Shown: positions 38,264 to 50,572, counted from the stretch's first letter. The stretch: 64,000 nt of DNA from Escherichia coli (GCF_050920415.1 NZ_CP169309.1); one strand, 5' to 3'. Numbers and translations are program-made. The notes: a model not told the origin generated them from the letters alone.

Positions 38264-38775
38264 AGGGTGAATTCCTTTTCATGATCCCGATACGTTAACT
38301 GTTACGGCGTAATCATCCTTTTTATGAATGATTCGAGTGGAAAATATACGCAATATAAATTTATAAGAGACTTTTTCTATTAATTGTTGTATTAATTGGT
38401 AGTGCGAATATGACATTAAATGTCAGACAATTTCAGATTGTAGCCAATAATATTAATCGCGCGGATTTTAATTATCGATGTCAATCAATGTCAAATGTTT
38501 CACCGGATGAAAACACCGACCAGGAGAAATATTAATATTCAGCATGGTGATGTTTTCTTGGGAAGTGTGTGATGCTGAGCGATTAATATAAATAATTAAT
38601 GGCTGTTACAGGCATTAATATGTATTAATTCATTGTTATCGCTTATATATCACTTTCTTATTCCATACCATAATTTCAGAATTTAGCCTGTAATATGCGC
38701 TTCAAAGAGCCGGTGAGATGGAAGCAATAGTGATAAGAATGTTAAAGACATTCGTATCTGGTAGCAGGCTCCTGC

Positions 38776-38798
38776 ATGTGCCAGCAGGAGCGAGTAAA
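38776..38798 (-). terminator. Hairpin downstream of yibL (gctcctgc-atgtgcc-agcaggagc)
   Basis: 8-bp inverted repeat read directly in sequence. Confidence 0.4.
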
Positions 38799-38835
38799 TC
38801 GTAAGAGGCTGTGATTACAGCGGTGAGACAGGTAC

Positions 38836-39198
38836 TTAAAATGCGGTCTTAGAGAATCCGGTCATCTCTTGCAGGCCCATTTCACGGCCCAGCGCGGTCA
38901 TCGGATGCACAACTACCAGTCCGCGAACACTTTTCTTCAGCTTGCCCATATCAGCCTGCTCTTTTTTGGTAATCGCGCGCTGGAAGGGCATTTTCATCAG
39001 TTTTTGCGCTTCTTTACTGAGTTTCTGGCTGTGAACTTCACGCAGGCGAGCAATTTCGGCTTCCAGCGTGGCTTTTTCTTTTTCCAGTTCGGCATATTTA
39101 TCTGCGGCTTCAACCAGTGACAGGTCAGCCTGCTGATGGCGGATAGCGTCCAGGCGATCGCTGAGACGTTTGATTTCGTTTTTTTCGACTTCTTTCAT
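38836..39198 (-). CDS. yibL: Ribosome-associated protein YibL, 120 aa
   Basis: [55 protein letters not shown]... Confidence 0.85.
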
Positions 39199-39481
39199 GT
39201 GATGACTTCTGATAGAGATAAATTTATAGCCTCTAGTATGCGCGACCAGGTGCTTTGTTCACAACAGATGGCATTGTAATAGTTCCAGATTGTAACCATT
39301 AATGTGTTTGAAAATCACCCAATCTATTGATTAATTAGGAAATTTAAAGAAAAAAGATAGACAACAGAAGAGGATCATTATTGAGGATTGAGCACGTTTT
39401 CCTTAATGTCATTTATACCGGGATCTAAACTAAAATTGGCGGCCGCGCATTCCCGGCGCGGGGTAATACGGAGATATCATC

Positions 39482-39691
39482 ATGGGTAAATTAGGTGAAA
39501 ACGTTCCGCTTCTTATCGATAAAGCTGTAGATTTCATGGCATCGAGCCAGGCGTTCCGGGAGTATCTGAAAAAACTTCCTCCCCGCAATGCGATTCCGTC
39601 CGGAATACCTGATGAAAGCGTGCCGTTATATCTACAACGTCTGGAGTATTATCGTCGGCTTTATCGGCCGAAACAGGTAGAGGAGAAGTAA
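39482..39691 (+). CDS. yibT: Small conserved protein (YibT-like), 69 aa
   Basis: 69-aa [37 protein letters not shown]... between yibL and mtlR. Confidence 0.6.
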   Translation: MGKLGENVPLLIDKAVDFMASSQAFREYLKKLPPRNAIPSGIPDESVPLYLQRLEYYRRLYRPKQVEEK

Positions 39692-39701
39692 GCGAAAGTA
39701 C

Positions 39702-40289
39702 TTACTTTTGAAAGGCTTTTTTTAAGCTGATTTTGGAAATCAGCTCTGTCAGTGAAAGGACCATTGTTGATCGCACAGCCTGTTGGTAACGCTGAATTTG
39801 CATTGCATACAAACTGGAGTCTGCGGGTTCAAACTGTGGCGGCGGTGGTAACGCCGCCACACAGTGCAGCTCACCAAAGGGGCCAAGAATTTCGTCGTCG
39901 GTAAAGGCGTACTCATTGCCGTCGTGATTTAGTTCTTCACGCAATGCCATCAGCAGTTCCGCATCTTCATATTCATGGCGGTTAATGACACCCAACCCGT
40001 AAATGAGTTTTAAACGCACAGAAAGATCGCCCAGCGGGCCATCGCCGTCGAGTAACGGTTCTACAGCATACTTCACCGCGTAATCGTCTTTGCGGAATAC
40101 CTGAAGCACCAGAAGATTTACCGCCTCGGTCAAAAGCTCGACGGCGGTAATCAGAAAGCTTCGCACGGTTTTGCCAGCATTCAGACGCTCAAGCACACGG
40201 TTTTCAAAGGCCTGGGTTTGTTCCATTGTTGCCTGCATATCTGACAATCTGTTATTCGGGCGCAGGGAGTCCTGCGCCTGGTCCACCAT
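39702..40289 (-). CDS. mtlR: Mannitol operon repressor, 195 aa
   Basis: [46 protein letters not shown]... Confidence 0.9.
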   Translation of the reverse strand: MVDQAQDSLRPNNRLSDMQATMEQTQAFENRVLERLNAGKTVRSFLITAVELLTEAVNLLVLQVFRKDDYAVKYAVEPLLDGDGPLGDLSVRLKLIYGLGVINRHEYEDAELLMALREELNHDGNEYAFTDDEILGPFGELHCVAALPPPPQFEPADSSLYAMQIQRYQQAVRSTMVLSLTELISKISLKKAFQK

Positions 40290-41437
40290 TATTGCATTGC
40301 TTTATAAGCGGTTACCGCCTCGGATACAACCTCGCTGTTAGCATCAAGGCCAGAAATCTGCGCCAGTGCGGCTTGCGGGCCTTTGTCGGCAATCAGTGCT
40401 GCCAGTTCCTGAGCCTGCGGATCATCTTCACTGCGGAAGTGCATTGCAGCGGCAATACCTTCAATCAGGTTTTTATGTGGCAGACCATATTCCAGCGTTC
40501 CGAGCAGTGGCTTGATCAGGCGGTCGCCAGCACTCAGTTTACGCAGCGGCTGACGGCCTACGCGCTCTACATCGTCTTTCAGATACGGGTTTTCAAAACG
40601 ACCAAGGATTTTCTGGATGTATGCCGCATGTTTGTCAGCATCAAAGCCGTAGCGCTTGATCAGTACTGCGCCACTTTCTTCCATCGCCCCTTTTACTACC
40701 GCGCGGATTTTCGCGTCGAGAATTGCGTCACGAATGGTCTGATGACCTGCCAGTTTTCCGAGGTACGCGGTTATAGCATGACCTGTATTCAGGGTGAAGA
40801 GTTTACGCTCAACAAATGCCATCAGGTTGTCGGTTAACTCCATGCCTGGGATGTTCGGCAGTACACCTTTGAACTGGGTTTTATCGACAATCCATTCGCT
40901 GAAGGTTTCGACTGTCACTTCCAGCGGATCGTTCGTTGCCGAAGCGGAAGGCGGTACGATGCGGTCAACGGCGGAATCCACAAAGCCAACGTGTTCTTCT
41001 ACCCACGCTTTGGCGTCTTCTGGCAGGGCGTTCATCACATGGCCTTTCAGTTGCGTGGTGCCGCGTACCATGTTTTCACAGGCGATAATGTTCAGTGGGG
41101 ATTCATTACCTTGTTCTTTACGTTTCACCAGCCCTTTGGCGATTGCCGGAGCAATACGTTCCAGCACAACCGGGCCCACGGCGGTAGTGACTAAATCAAC
41201 CTGAGCAATCAGATCAACGACATCATCACCAATGCTGCTGACAGCATTGACGCCAGAAACGGTATCTACCTGCTCGGTTTCACCGACTACATGAACCTGA
41301 TAGCTATGACGGGCATTCAGGGCATCAAGTACCACCTGATTGACATCGGCAAACGTCAGTTGGATACCTGCGTCTGCCAGCAGTTTACCGATAAAGCCAC
41401 GACCGATATTACCTGCGCCAAAATGTAATGCTTTCAT
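40289..41437 (-). CDS. mtlD: Mannitol-1-phosphate 5-dehydrogenase, 382 aa; the 530-aa ORF in the track reads through the upstream REP region
   Basis: [34 protein letters not shown]...; start at Met149 of the long ORF. Confidence 0.9.
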   Translation of the reverse strand: MKALHFGAGNIGRGFIGKLLADAGIQLTFADVNQVVLDALNARHSYQVHVVGETEQVDTVSGVNAVSSIGDDVVDLIAQVDLVTTAVGPVVLERIAPAIAKGLVKRKEQGNESPLNIIACENMVRGTTQLKGHVMNALPEDAKAWVEEHVGFVDSAVDRIVPPSASATNDPLEVTVETFSEWIVDKTQFKGVLPNIPGMELTDNLMAFVERKLFTLNTGHAITAYLGKLAGHQTIRDAILDAKIRAVVKGAMEESGAVLIKRYGFDADKHAAYIQKILGRFENPYLKDDVERVGRQPLRKLSAGDRLIKPLLGTLEYGLPHKNLIEGIAAAMHFRSEDDPQAQELAALIADKGPQAALAQISGLDANSEVVSEAVTAYKAMQ

Positions 41438-41454
41438 AGTATTAACCTTCATCA

Positions 41455-41800
41455 ATGTTTTTACCCGAGAGGGCTGGGGTGAGGCTTTTCCCTCACCCAA
41501 ACCCTCTCCGTGAGGAGAGGGGCCGCGCCGGATGCGGCGCAAACGCCTTATCCGGCCTACAAGAACGTGCAAATTCAACAAATTGTGCTTTTTTTTGTAG
41601 GCCTGATAAGCGTAGCGCATCAGGCAATCAGCCCATCTTCTCCATGTGGAGAGGGGCCGCGCCGGTTGCGGCGTAAACGCCTTATCCGGCCTACAAGAAC
41701 GTGCAAATTCAACAAATTGTGCTTTGTTTTTGTAGGCCTGATAAGCGTAGCGCATCAGGCAATTAGCCCCACCGTCTCCATGTGGAGAGAGTGGGGTTGG
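41455..41800. repeat. Tandemly duplicated BIME/REP unit (two copies of about 125 bp) in the mtlA-mtlD intergenic region
   Basis: Two near-identical blocks containing gccggatgcggcg(c/t)aaacgccttatccggcctacaagaacgtgcaaattcaacaaattgtgc...gtaggcctgataagcgtagcgcatcaggc. Confidence 0.8.
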
Positions 41801-41801
41801 A

Positions 41802-43715
41802 TTACTTACGACCTGCCAGCAGTTCCAGCACTTCATCCACGCTGGTGGTGTGCGCCAGACGCTCGATGACAGACTCATCATCCAGTGCGTTGGTCAGGCT
41901 GGTGATAACCTGAATGTGCTCGTTGTTACGGGCAGCAATACCAATCACCAGACGGGCAATGTCATCTTCTTCTTCACCGAAGCGCACGCCTTCCGGGTAC
42001 TGGCAGAACACCACGCCCGTTTTCAGTACGCGATCTTTCGCTTCAACCGTACCGTGCGGTACCGCGATGGACTCACCCAGATAAGTCGGGGTCAGTTTTT
42101 CACGATCCAGCATCGCCTGAACGTATTCCGGCTCAACGTAACCGCCTTTCACCAGCTGCTCGCCAGCAAAACGAATCGCTTCTTCTTTGGTGGCCGCTTT
42201 GCGACCGAGGAAGATGTTCTCCGCGCCTAGCTTGAACAGGTTAGCACTGGAATCGTCAAAGCTGTCTTTCAGACTGTCTTTCACTTTTACTTCGTTTTCA
42301 GTATGGCGCTGGGCAGCAACCAGACGTTCGGTCAGGCTGGTGTACAGGCCGCTGTCGAGGAAGTTGGTCAGCGAAATATGCTGTGCCTGCGGAACCTGGC
42401 GCATAGCGCGTTCGGTCAGATCACGGTGAGTGATGACGAGGTCCACATCTGGTGGCAGGTTGTTGATCGCGCTGTTAGTAACAGAAATCTGCGACAGACC
42501 AGCATCCTGAATTTTCTTACGCAGCACGCCTGCACCCATCGCACTGGAACCCATACCGGCGTCACAGGCAACGATGATTTTACGTACGTGGCTCAGGTCG
42601 TTAGTCACATCGCCCGCAGACAGCGGAGACGCACCTTTAGATTCAGCTTTCATGTCCTGCATACGACGCGTTGCTGCTTCAATGTCATCTTCTTCTTTCA
42701 CTTTGCTGGTTTTCAGCAGAATGGCAGAGACAACGAAGGAGACTGCCATAGCCGCACACACACCCGCGATGTTAGCGAAGTAAGCACCTTTTGGCGTCAT
42801 CGCCAGTACAGCAAGGATAGAACCCGGAGATGCCGGAGAAACCAGACCACCGCCCAGGATAGTCAGCGTGAACACGCCAGTCATACCGCCGAGGATAACG
42901 GCCAGAATCAGACGCGGATTCATCAGCACATACGGGAAGTAGATTTCGTGGATACCCCCCAGGAAGTGAATGATTGCCGCACCGCCCGCAGACTGTTTAG
43001 CGCTACCACGGCCAAAGAACATGTACGCCAGCAGAACACCCATACCCGGACCTGGGTTAGCTTCAATCAGGAAGAAGATGGATTTACCCAGTTCATGGGA
43101 CTGCTGAATACCCAGCGGCGAGAAGATACCGTGGTTAATGGCGTTGTTGAGGAACAGGATTTTCGCCGGTTCAACAAAGATAGACGCCAGCGGCAGCATG
43201 TCATGGACAACCATGAAGTTAACGCCCGCAGCCAGCATTTTGGACAGGGCTTCAACAATTGGACCAATGCCGAGGAACGCCAGAATAGCGAGGATCATCC
43301 CGATGATGCCTGCGGAGAAGTTATTCACCAGCATCTCAAAACCGGATTTGATCTTACCGTCTACCCAGCGGTCGAAGTGCTTAATGCACCAGCCGCCCAG
43401 CGGACCTGCAATCATAGAACCGAGGAACATCGGCATATCTGCGCCGACGATAACGCCCATTGTAGTGATGGCACCGACTACGCCGCCACGTTCGCCGCCT
43501 ACCAGCTTACCACCGGTATAACCGATCAGCAGTGGCAGGAGATAAGTGATCATCGGCCCGACCAGCTTCGCCAGCGTTTCGTTCGGTAACCACCCTGTTG
43601 GAATAAATAACGCGGTGATGATACCCCACGCGATAAACGCGCCGATATTTGGCATCACCATGTTGCTGAGGAAACGACCAAAGCTTTGCACTTTGATCTT
43701 AATATCGGATGACAT
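41802..43715 (-). CDS. mtlA: PTS mannitol-specific EIICBA component, 637 aa
   Basis: [37 protein letters not shown]...; C-terminal EIIA domain. Confidence 0.95.
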   Translation of the reverse strand: MSSDIKIKVQSFGRFLSNMVMPNIGAFIAWGIITALFIPTGWLPNETLAKLVGPMITYLLPLLIGYTGGKLVGGERGGVVGAITTMGVIVGADMPMFLGSMIAGPLGGWCIKHFDRWVDGKIKSGFEMLVNNFSAGIIGMILAILAFLGIGPIVEALSKMLAAGVNFMVVHDMLPLASIFVEPAKILFLNNAINHGIFSPLGIQQSHELGKSIFFLIEANPGPGMGVLLAYMFFGRGSAKQSAGGAAIIHFLGGIHEIYFPYVLMNPRLILAVILGGMTGVFTLTILGGGLVSPASPGSILAVLAMTPKGAYFANIAGVCAAMAVSFVVSAILLKTSKVKEEDDIEAATRRMQDMKAESKGASPLSAGDVTNDLSHVRKIIVACDAGMGSSAMGAGVLRKKIQDAGLSQISVTNSAINNLPPDVDLVITHRDLTERAMRQVPQAQHISLTNFLDSGLYTSLTERLVAAQRHTENEVKVKDSLKDSFDDSSANLFKLGAENIFLGRKAATKEEAIRFAGEQLVKGGYVEPEYVQAMLDREKLTPTYLGESIAVPHGTVEAKDRVLKTGVVFCQYPEGVRFGEEEDDIARLVIGIAARNNEHIQVITSLTNALDDESVIERLAHTTSVDEVLELLAGRK

Positions 43716-43902
43716 AAAAACACCCCTTCTTATGTTTGCTGTCGCGCAGGCTGGAAGCCCGAGGTTTTTTGTTAATGTGGCGGCAGAGGTAGCCGGACCT
43801 TGTTGATAGTGCGAAATCTGGCACTGAATCGGTTAACTGTCCAGTCGACGGCTTTTTGTGTGATATCGGTCACATAAATATAGGGGGTAGAGAGGTAATT
43901 GA

Positions 43903-43918
43903 CGTGATGTGCATCACA
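43903..43918. promoter_or_regulatory. CRP-like site (gtgatgtgcatcacaa) in mtlA upstream region
   Basis: Near-palindromic TGTGA-N6-TCACA-like match. Confidence 0.4.
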
Positions 43919-44019
43919 AAATACTTGTGTAAAAAAGCAACAAGACGGCGATTTTCGCTAAAAATGGTATTTAAATGTGAGTAATGTCACGTTTTTGTTT
44001 TGTTAGTTTGTTGAATCTT

Positions 44020-44035
44020 TGTGATCTGAATCACA
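44020..44035. promoter_or_regulatory. Consensus CRP-binding site TGTGAtctgaaTCACA in the mtlA-yibI divergent intergenic region
   Basis: Exact TGTGA-N6-TCACA palindrome. Confidence 0.6.
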
Positions 44036-44251
44036 AGATATTTTCTTACGGCGTTCACCTGATGTGATCTGCAGCATGTTCTGCCTTCGTCATAAAATCG
44101 TTATGTAACTAAGCAACTCATCACCTCTAAAAATTATTCTTTGGTGTTATGGCGAGAATCGCGAACCCGAATTATTGTCAAAATATCAGCCTGACTCCCT
44201 TCTGGCTGCCAGCCAAAAAACAACACCGATAAACGTGAATCCGAGGCAGAT

Positions 44252-44614
44252 ATGTTTCTAAACTATTTCGCGTTGGGAGTGCTGATCTTCGTCTTTCTGG
44301 TGATTTTTTATGGAATCATCGCGATACATGACATCCCTTATCTGATTGCCAAAAAGCGCAATCACCCCCATGCCGACGCTATTCATACGGCGGGCTGGGT
44401 GAGCCTGTTTACTCTGCATGTTATCTGGCCGTTCCTGTGGATCTGGGCGACGCTCTATCAACCGGAGCGTGGCTGGGGTATGCAGTCACATGTTGCGTCG
44501 CAGGAGAAAGCGACTGACCCGGAAATCGCCGCACTTTCTGACCGAATTTCCCGGCTGGAGCATCAACTCGCCGCCGAGAAAAACGCTGACTATTCCACGT
44601 TCCCGGAGATCTAA
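44252..44614 (+). CDS. yibI: Small inner-membrane protein YibI, 120 aa
   Basis: [35 protein letters not shown]...; directly upstream of yibH. Confidence 0.8.
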   Translation: MFLNYFALGVLIFVFLVIFYGIIAIHDIPYLIAKKRNHPHADAIHTAGWVSLFTLHVIWPFLWIWATLYQPERGWGMQSHVASQEKATDPEIAALSDRISRLEHQLAAEKNADYSTFPEI

Positions 44615-44616
44615 TT

Positions 44617-45195
44617 ATGGATCTGTTGATTGTTTTAACTTACGTGGCGCTGGCATGGGCGGTCTTTAAAATCTTCCGTATTCCGGTGAATCAGTGGACG
44701 CTGGCGACGGCGGCGCTGGGAGGCGTTTTTCTGGTAAGCGGTTTGATTTTGTTGATGAACTACAACCACCCTTACACTTTTACCGCACAGAAAGCGGTGA
44801 TTGCTATTCCCATCACGCCACAGGTGACGGGGATCGTGACTGAAGTCACTGACAAGAATAATCAGCTTATTCAGAAGGGCGAGGTGCTTTTTAAGCTCGA
44901 CCCGGTACGTTATCAGGCGCGAGTCGACAGACTTCAGGCTGACCTGATGACGGCGACGCATAATATAAAGACGCTGCGCGCGCAGCTCACTGAAGCGCAA
45001 GCCAATACCACCCAGGTTTCAGCGGAGCGTGACCGCTTGTTTAAAAATTATCAACGTTACCTGAAAGGCAGCCAGGCGGCGGTAAATCCGTTCTCAGAAC
45101 GTGATATCGACGATGCGCGGCAGAATTTTCTCGCGCAGGATGCGCTGGTGAAAGGTTCGGTGGCGGAACAGGCGCAAATCCAGAGCCAGCTCGAC
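44617..45195 (+). pseudogene. yibH: yibH 5' fragment (HlyD-family membrane fusion protein), 193 codons, interrupted by IS insertion
   Basis: [23 protein letters not shown]... reading frame runs into IS left end at 45196; the rest of the gene resumes at 47324. Confidence 0.85.
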
Positions 45196-45296
45196 TGTCA
45201 GCGCCAATGATATAAGACAGTAATTCACCATTTGGATTGTCCGCTCCACCCAACATGTTGTTTCCTTAAGGTTCCTACACCACAAAGGGAACACTC

Positions 45297-46343
45297 ATGC
45301 TGAGCAGAGAGGACTTTTACATGATAAAGCAAATGCGCCAGCAAGGTGCGTATATTGTTGATATTGCCACTCAGGTTGGTTGCTCTGAGCGGACTGTCAG
45401 ACGGTACCTGAAATACCCGGAACCTCCGGCCAGAAAAACACGCCACAAAATGGCCAAACTCAAGCCGTTCATGGACTATATCGACATGCGTCTGGCTGAG
45501 AATGTCTGGAACGGCGAGGTCATCCTGGCGGAAATCAAAGCGATGGGTTATACCGGTGGCCGTTCCATGTTGCGTTACTACATCCAGCCCAAACGTAAGA
45601 TGCGGCCATCGAAGAAAACGGTTCGCTTCGAAACTCAGCCCGGTTACCAGCTACAGCATGACTGGGGAGAAGTTGAGGCTGAGGTTGCCGGGCAACGATG
45701 CAGGGTTAACTTCGCGGTTAATACGCTGGGGTTCTCACGTCGCTTCCATGTCTTCGCGGCACCAAAGCAGGATGCTGAACATACCTATGAGTCACTGGTC
45801 CGCGCCTTTCGCTACTTCGGCGGCAGCGTGAAAACCGTGCTGGTCGATAACCAGAAAGCCGCAGTGCTGAAAAATAACAACGGGAAGGTGGTGTTCAACT
45901 CCGGGTTCCTGCTGCTGGCCGATCACTATGGCTTCCTGCCACGGGCCTGCCGTCCACGAAGGGCCAGAACCAAAGGTAAGGTGGAACGGATGGTGAAATA
46001 CCTCAAGGAAAACTTCTTCGTCCGGTACCGCCGGTTCGACAGCTTCGCCCATGTTAATCAGCTACTGGAGCAGTGGATGGCTGACGTTGCCGACAGGCGG
46101 GAACTTCGCCAGTTCAGGCAGACACCGGAACAGCGCTTCACGCAGGAACAGGTGCATCTGCAGGCGCTGCCAGGTACGGACTTCGATACCAGCTACTTCG
46201 ATATCCGTCATGTCTCCTGGGATGGCTATATCGAGGTTGGCGGGAACCGTTACAGCGTGCCGGAAAGCCTGTGTGGCCAGCCGGTATCAATACGGATCTC
46301 GCTGGATGATGAACTGCGATTTACAGTAATGAGCAACAGGTAG
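45297..46343 (+). pseudogene. istA: IS21-family transposase IstA, frameshifted near 3' end (348 aa as read; about 390 aa if the -1 shift around 46313-46343 is repaired, then ending at 46468)
   Basis: HTH N-terminus and integrase-core-like body; alternative frame open from 46313 to TGA at 46466-46468, which overlaps the istB ATG. Confidence 0.8.
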
Positions 46344-46455
46344 CATCGCACCGTCTCTGTTCGGCTGTATACGGCTGGCAGACCGTGCCGGAGCATCACG
46401 CCCCACTCTGGCAGCAGGTCAGTCAGGTGGAACACAGGCCGTTGAGTGCCTATGA

Positions 46456-47262
<807 letters not shown>

Positions 47263-47323
47263 TGACCAATAGCGGACATTAAAAATGGCGAAAAACGGCC
47301 AATAATCTTGGCGTTGACACGAC

Positions 47324-47881
47324 AGTATGGTTAACGGTGAGCAGTCGCAGATTGTCAGCTTAAGGGCGCAGCTTACCGAAGCGAAATATAACCTTGAGCA
47401 GACCGTCATTCGCGCGCCGAGCAATGGCTACGTTACTCAGGTACTGATCCGCCCAGGTACATACGCAGCTGCCTTGCCGCTACGTCCGGTGATGGTTTTC
47501 ATCCCCGAGCAAAAACGGCAAATTGTCGCCCAATTTCGGCAGAACTCGCTGTTACGTCTGAAACCCGGCGATGATGCGGAAGTAGTGTTTAACGCGCTAC
47601 CTGGGCAGGTGTTCCACGGCAAACTGACTAGTATTTTACCTGTCGTGCCAGGTGGTTCGTATCAGGCGCAGGGGGTACTGCAATCATTAACCGTCGTACC
47701 CGGCACGGACGGTGTGCTGGGAACCATCGAACTGGACCCTAACGCTGATATCGATGCTTTACCCGACGGCATCTACGCCCAGGTGGCAGTTTACTCCGAC
47801 CATTTCAGCCATGTTTCGGTGATGCGGAAGGTGCTGCTAAGAATGACCAGTTGGATGCATTATCTTTATTTGGATCATTGA
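47324..47881 (+). pseudogene. yibH: yibH 3' fragment (185 codons); joins in-frame with 44617-45195 to give 378 aa once IS and TSD are removed
   Basis: ...[32 protein letters not shown]... typical HlyD/EmrA-like; frame arithmetic confirms. Confidence 0.85.
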
Positions 47882-48185
47882 GGGGGGCGGGGGAGATTAT
47901 GGAACTTTGCTCCTTGTAAGGACTAATTATTTTTGCATATTACTTCATTGGCTGCGATGATTTTTCTTTAATATTCATTAGGTTGAGAAGTTCTTGATGA
48001 GTGTGCTCTCATTGGATTTTTTATCCGTCTTGTTCTGCCGCAGGATCAGACTATACATCGTCGAGATCGCAATGATTATGAATTGTTCCTCTGCGACGAT
48101 GCTAATCAAAAAAGTGCTGGAGTGCTTTTCCATCTATTGCGATGATGGTTTTATTATCTGAAGAATGACAGTCACACATCCAGCT

Positions 48186-48457
48186 AATAAAGAACTCGTG
48201 AAATTTTCCAGGACTGATACAGGACACAACTCTGGTAATGATATCGTGAATAGGAATACCATATTAAAAATCACCATATTGCTTCAACAAATCGAGATGA
48301 GTCTCACCAGAATCCTCTATATCTTCCCATCCTTCAGCTCCGGAAATGATGGCGAAAATAATCAGCACTAGGATATCTGATAATTTATACTCTACTTTCC
48401 AGACTTGTCTGTAATCGGGACAGTAGAAATATGCTCCATTAATTTTTTAAGTTCCAT
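48186..48457 (-). pseudogene. H-repeat (ISAs1-family) transposase N-terminal fragment, degraded copy 1 (frameshift and in-frame stop)
   Basis: Begins ATG-GAA-CTT-AAA-AAA (MELKKLM...) like copy 2 at 50276-50572 but carries a 1-nt deletion and a stop. Confidence 0.7.
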
Positions 48458-48915
48458 TTTTTCTCCTTGTTTATGTAAGGAGTGTCTGAATATATATAAG
48501 CTATGAAAACACTTATTAAATAATAAGGGATATCTTGATTATTGGACATTTAGTGCTAATTGTTTAGTGCAAAAAATCGGCGTTATATGGTCTTTACCTT
48601 TATTACCCTTGCTGTTTTCCTCCAGCCTATGAAAAGCCAGCTTCAGTAAATCGTACCGCCCGAACATTGTAAGATACAATTTACTGACAACTTAGTACAT
48701 TATTAATATCACATTTAAGCTTTTTTTTCAGATTATAAAGCCTGTCCACTTTATAATCTTTGCAATTATAAACGTATTCTTTTTTTGTTTTCATATCAAT
48801 GACACTAACCCCTCGCATGTTACTACCGTTGTCGTAATTGCTAAACACGGAGTACTTATATCCACTTTGAATAAAACTAACGCTAAAGTAATCCGTTTGA
48901 AATCTGGAGTAATGA

Positions 48916-49128
48916 TTATAAAAAATCCTGAATACATTGGTCCATCTGAAATGAATTGAAATTTATCCCATGCTGACTATTCATTTCATAAATCAACGTT
49001 TCACCAAAACTTGTTAATGACAAAGTTCCTTTGGATGTATTACATAAAAAATAATTATTTCCTGCGTTTAGAGTCCAGGGAATTCCAGATAAAAAAATAA
49101 AAATTAATGCTCTATCTATATTGCTCAT
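48916..49128 (-). CDS. Small hypothetical protein (70 aa) with N-terminal hydrophobic segment; candidate immunity protein for the orphan muramidase-like toxin domain
   Basis: ORF start overlaps the stop of the orphan toxin ORF by 17 bp; MSNIDRALIFIFLSGIPWTLNAG... Confidence 0.35.
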   Translation of the reverse strand: MSNIDRALIFIFLSGIPWTLNAGNNYFLCNTSKGTLSLTSFGETLIYEMNSQHGINFNSFQMDQCIQDFL

Positions 49129-50276
49129 AATTAGCCCTTATTCTGTCATCATATCCTCGCTGACTTTGCCCATTATAACATAGAGCAAAGTTAAGCCAAT
49201 CTTTATCTCTAATAGCACGCAATAATACAGGATTAGATTTTATGAAGTTAATGAATGCCGCCAGATGGTTTTTCTCTGACTCTGAAATCGATATTATAAA
49301 CTCTTCGGGCGAAGAGTACCCGGCAGCTTGGTAATTTGAAGCCAATATCTGAAATTTACCCCACGATGCCGATTTAAGCGCAGCTTGCTTATCTAAAACA
49401 TATGCACGAAGTAATTTTTGATATTGCTCCGATCGTGTTCCATAACCGCCAGAACGGCTGTTGGAAATATCAGGTTGAGAATCATACACACCATTCGTAT
49501 ATCGATGGAAATGATGTCTTTCAAAAAGAATTGAGGGGACGTAATCATCTTCTTGTTCAAATTTAAAATAGCTACCGGAACTACCAGTTTCAGTTTTTGC
49601 AACAGCTTTAATTGCAGCCACTTCGCATTGTAGTGTCCTTGCAGCATTTTCATAGTCTGCATCATCAATGGTATCTCCGTTATAAAATCGTAAAAATTCC
49701 AATGGAATAAGTTCATTATTTACAGGAGTTTTTGGGTAATTGCTATTATTAATAGCATTCAAAAACACAACCGGATGAAAATGCCACACAGCATCATCAC
49801 TATTAAACGGAGACACCCCGCTCATCCACTCCAGATCCAGCTGCCACTTTTCACAGTATGCCACTTCCTCGGGTCCAGATCTTTATAAAACCCTTCCCAG
49901 CGTCCCGTCGAGCGACCGCCGTACCACTCGCTGTGGTGTCTGACTGTCAGACGATTCACCACATTTCTCACCAGTGGTTCACGCACGGTCAGCGCCTGTC
50001 TGATCTCTTCCTCCGTCACTTTTCCATCACCGTCCTGATCCATACCCGCCATCAGCTCACGATAAAAGGGCGGTACCTGCTCATACAGCCACTCATCTCC
50101 CTGTTCTGCGGCACGGCTTATTGAGTCAAACGCTTCCGGCACCCATCCTTCGTACGGGCTGTACGTCATGTCACCGCTGCTGTTCTCCTCCAGCGGCTGA
50201 AAACCCAGCTTCAGTAAATCATACTGTCCGGCCTCTTCAACATCCTTCTGTGGCAGCCAGCCGGTTCCGGTGATAT
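49112..50276 (-). pseudogene. Displaced (orphan) effector 3' module: shared pre-toxin region with EF-hand loop plus a distinct C-terminal N-acetylmuramidase-like domain; 5'-truncated and carrying a 1-nt frameshift near 49866
   Basis: 49764-50276 is near-identical to 52116-52630 of the full-length effector; downstream domain has ...FERHHFHRYT... and ...SWGKFQILASNY... motifs; no start codon; two overlapping ORFs (49822-50391, 49112-49864). Confidence 0.75.
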
Positions 50277-50572
50277 TAAGCCGCCTCTGGTTTCCTTTTA
50301 ATAAAGCACTCGTGAAATTTTGCAGGACTGATACAGGATACAACTCTGGCAATGGTATCGTGAACAGGAATACCATTATCAAAATCACCATATTGCTTCA
50401 AAAAATCGAGATGTGTTTCCCCAAAATCCTCTATATCTTCCCAGCCTTCTGCACCCGAAATAACGGCACAAATAGTCAACAGTAGAATATCCGATAATTT
50501 ATGTTGCACTTTCCAGGCTTGTCTGTAATCGGGGATAATAGAAATATGTCCCATCAATTTTTTAAGTTCCAT
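50276..50572 (-). pseudogene. H-repeat (ISAs1-family) transposase N-terminal fragment, copy 2 (about 92 codons then truncated)
   Basis: [64 protein letters not shown]... matches the start of E. coli H-rpt proteins, then loses homology. Confidence 0.8.

Noticed and set aside
47882-48170. 57-codon plus-strand ORF (MSVLSLDFLSVLFCRR...) downstream of yibH
   Set aside because: Below the track threshold, no recognisable motif, AT-rich junk-like region between yibH and the H-rpt fragment; possibly a gene remnant but unsupported.
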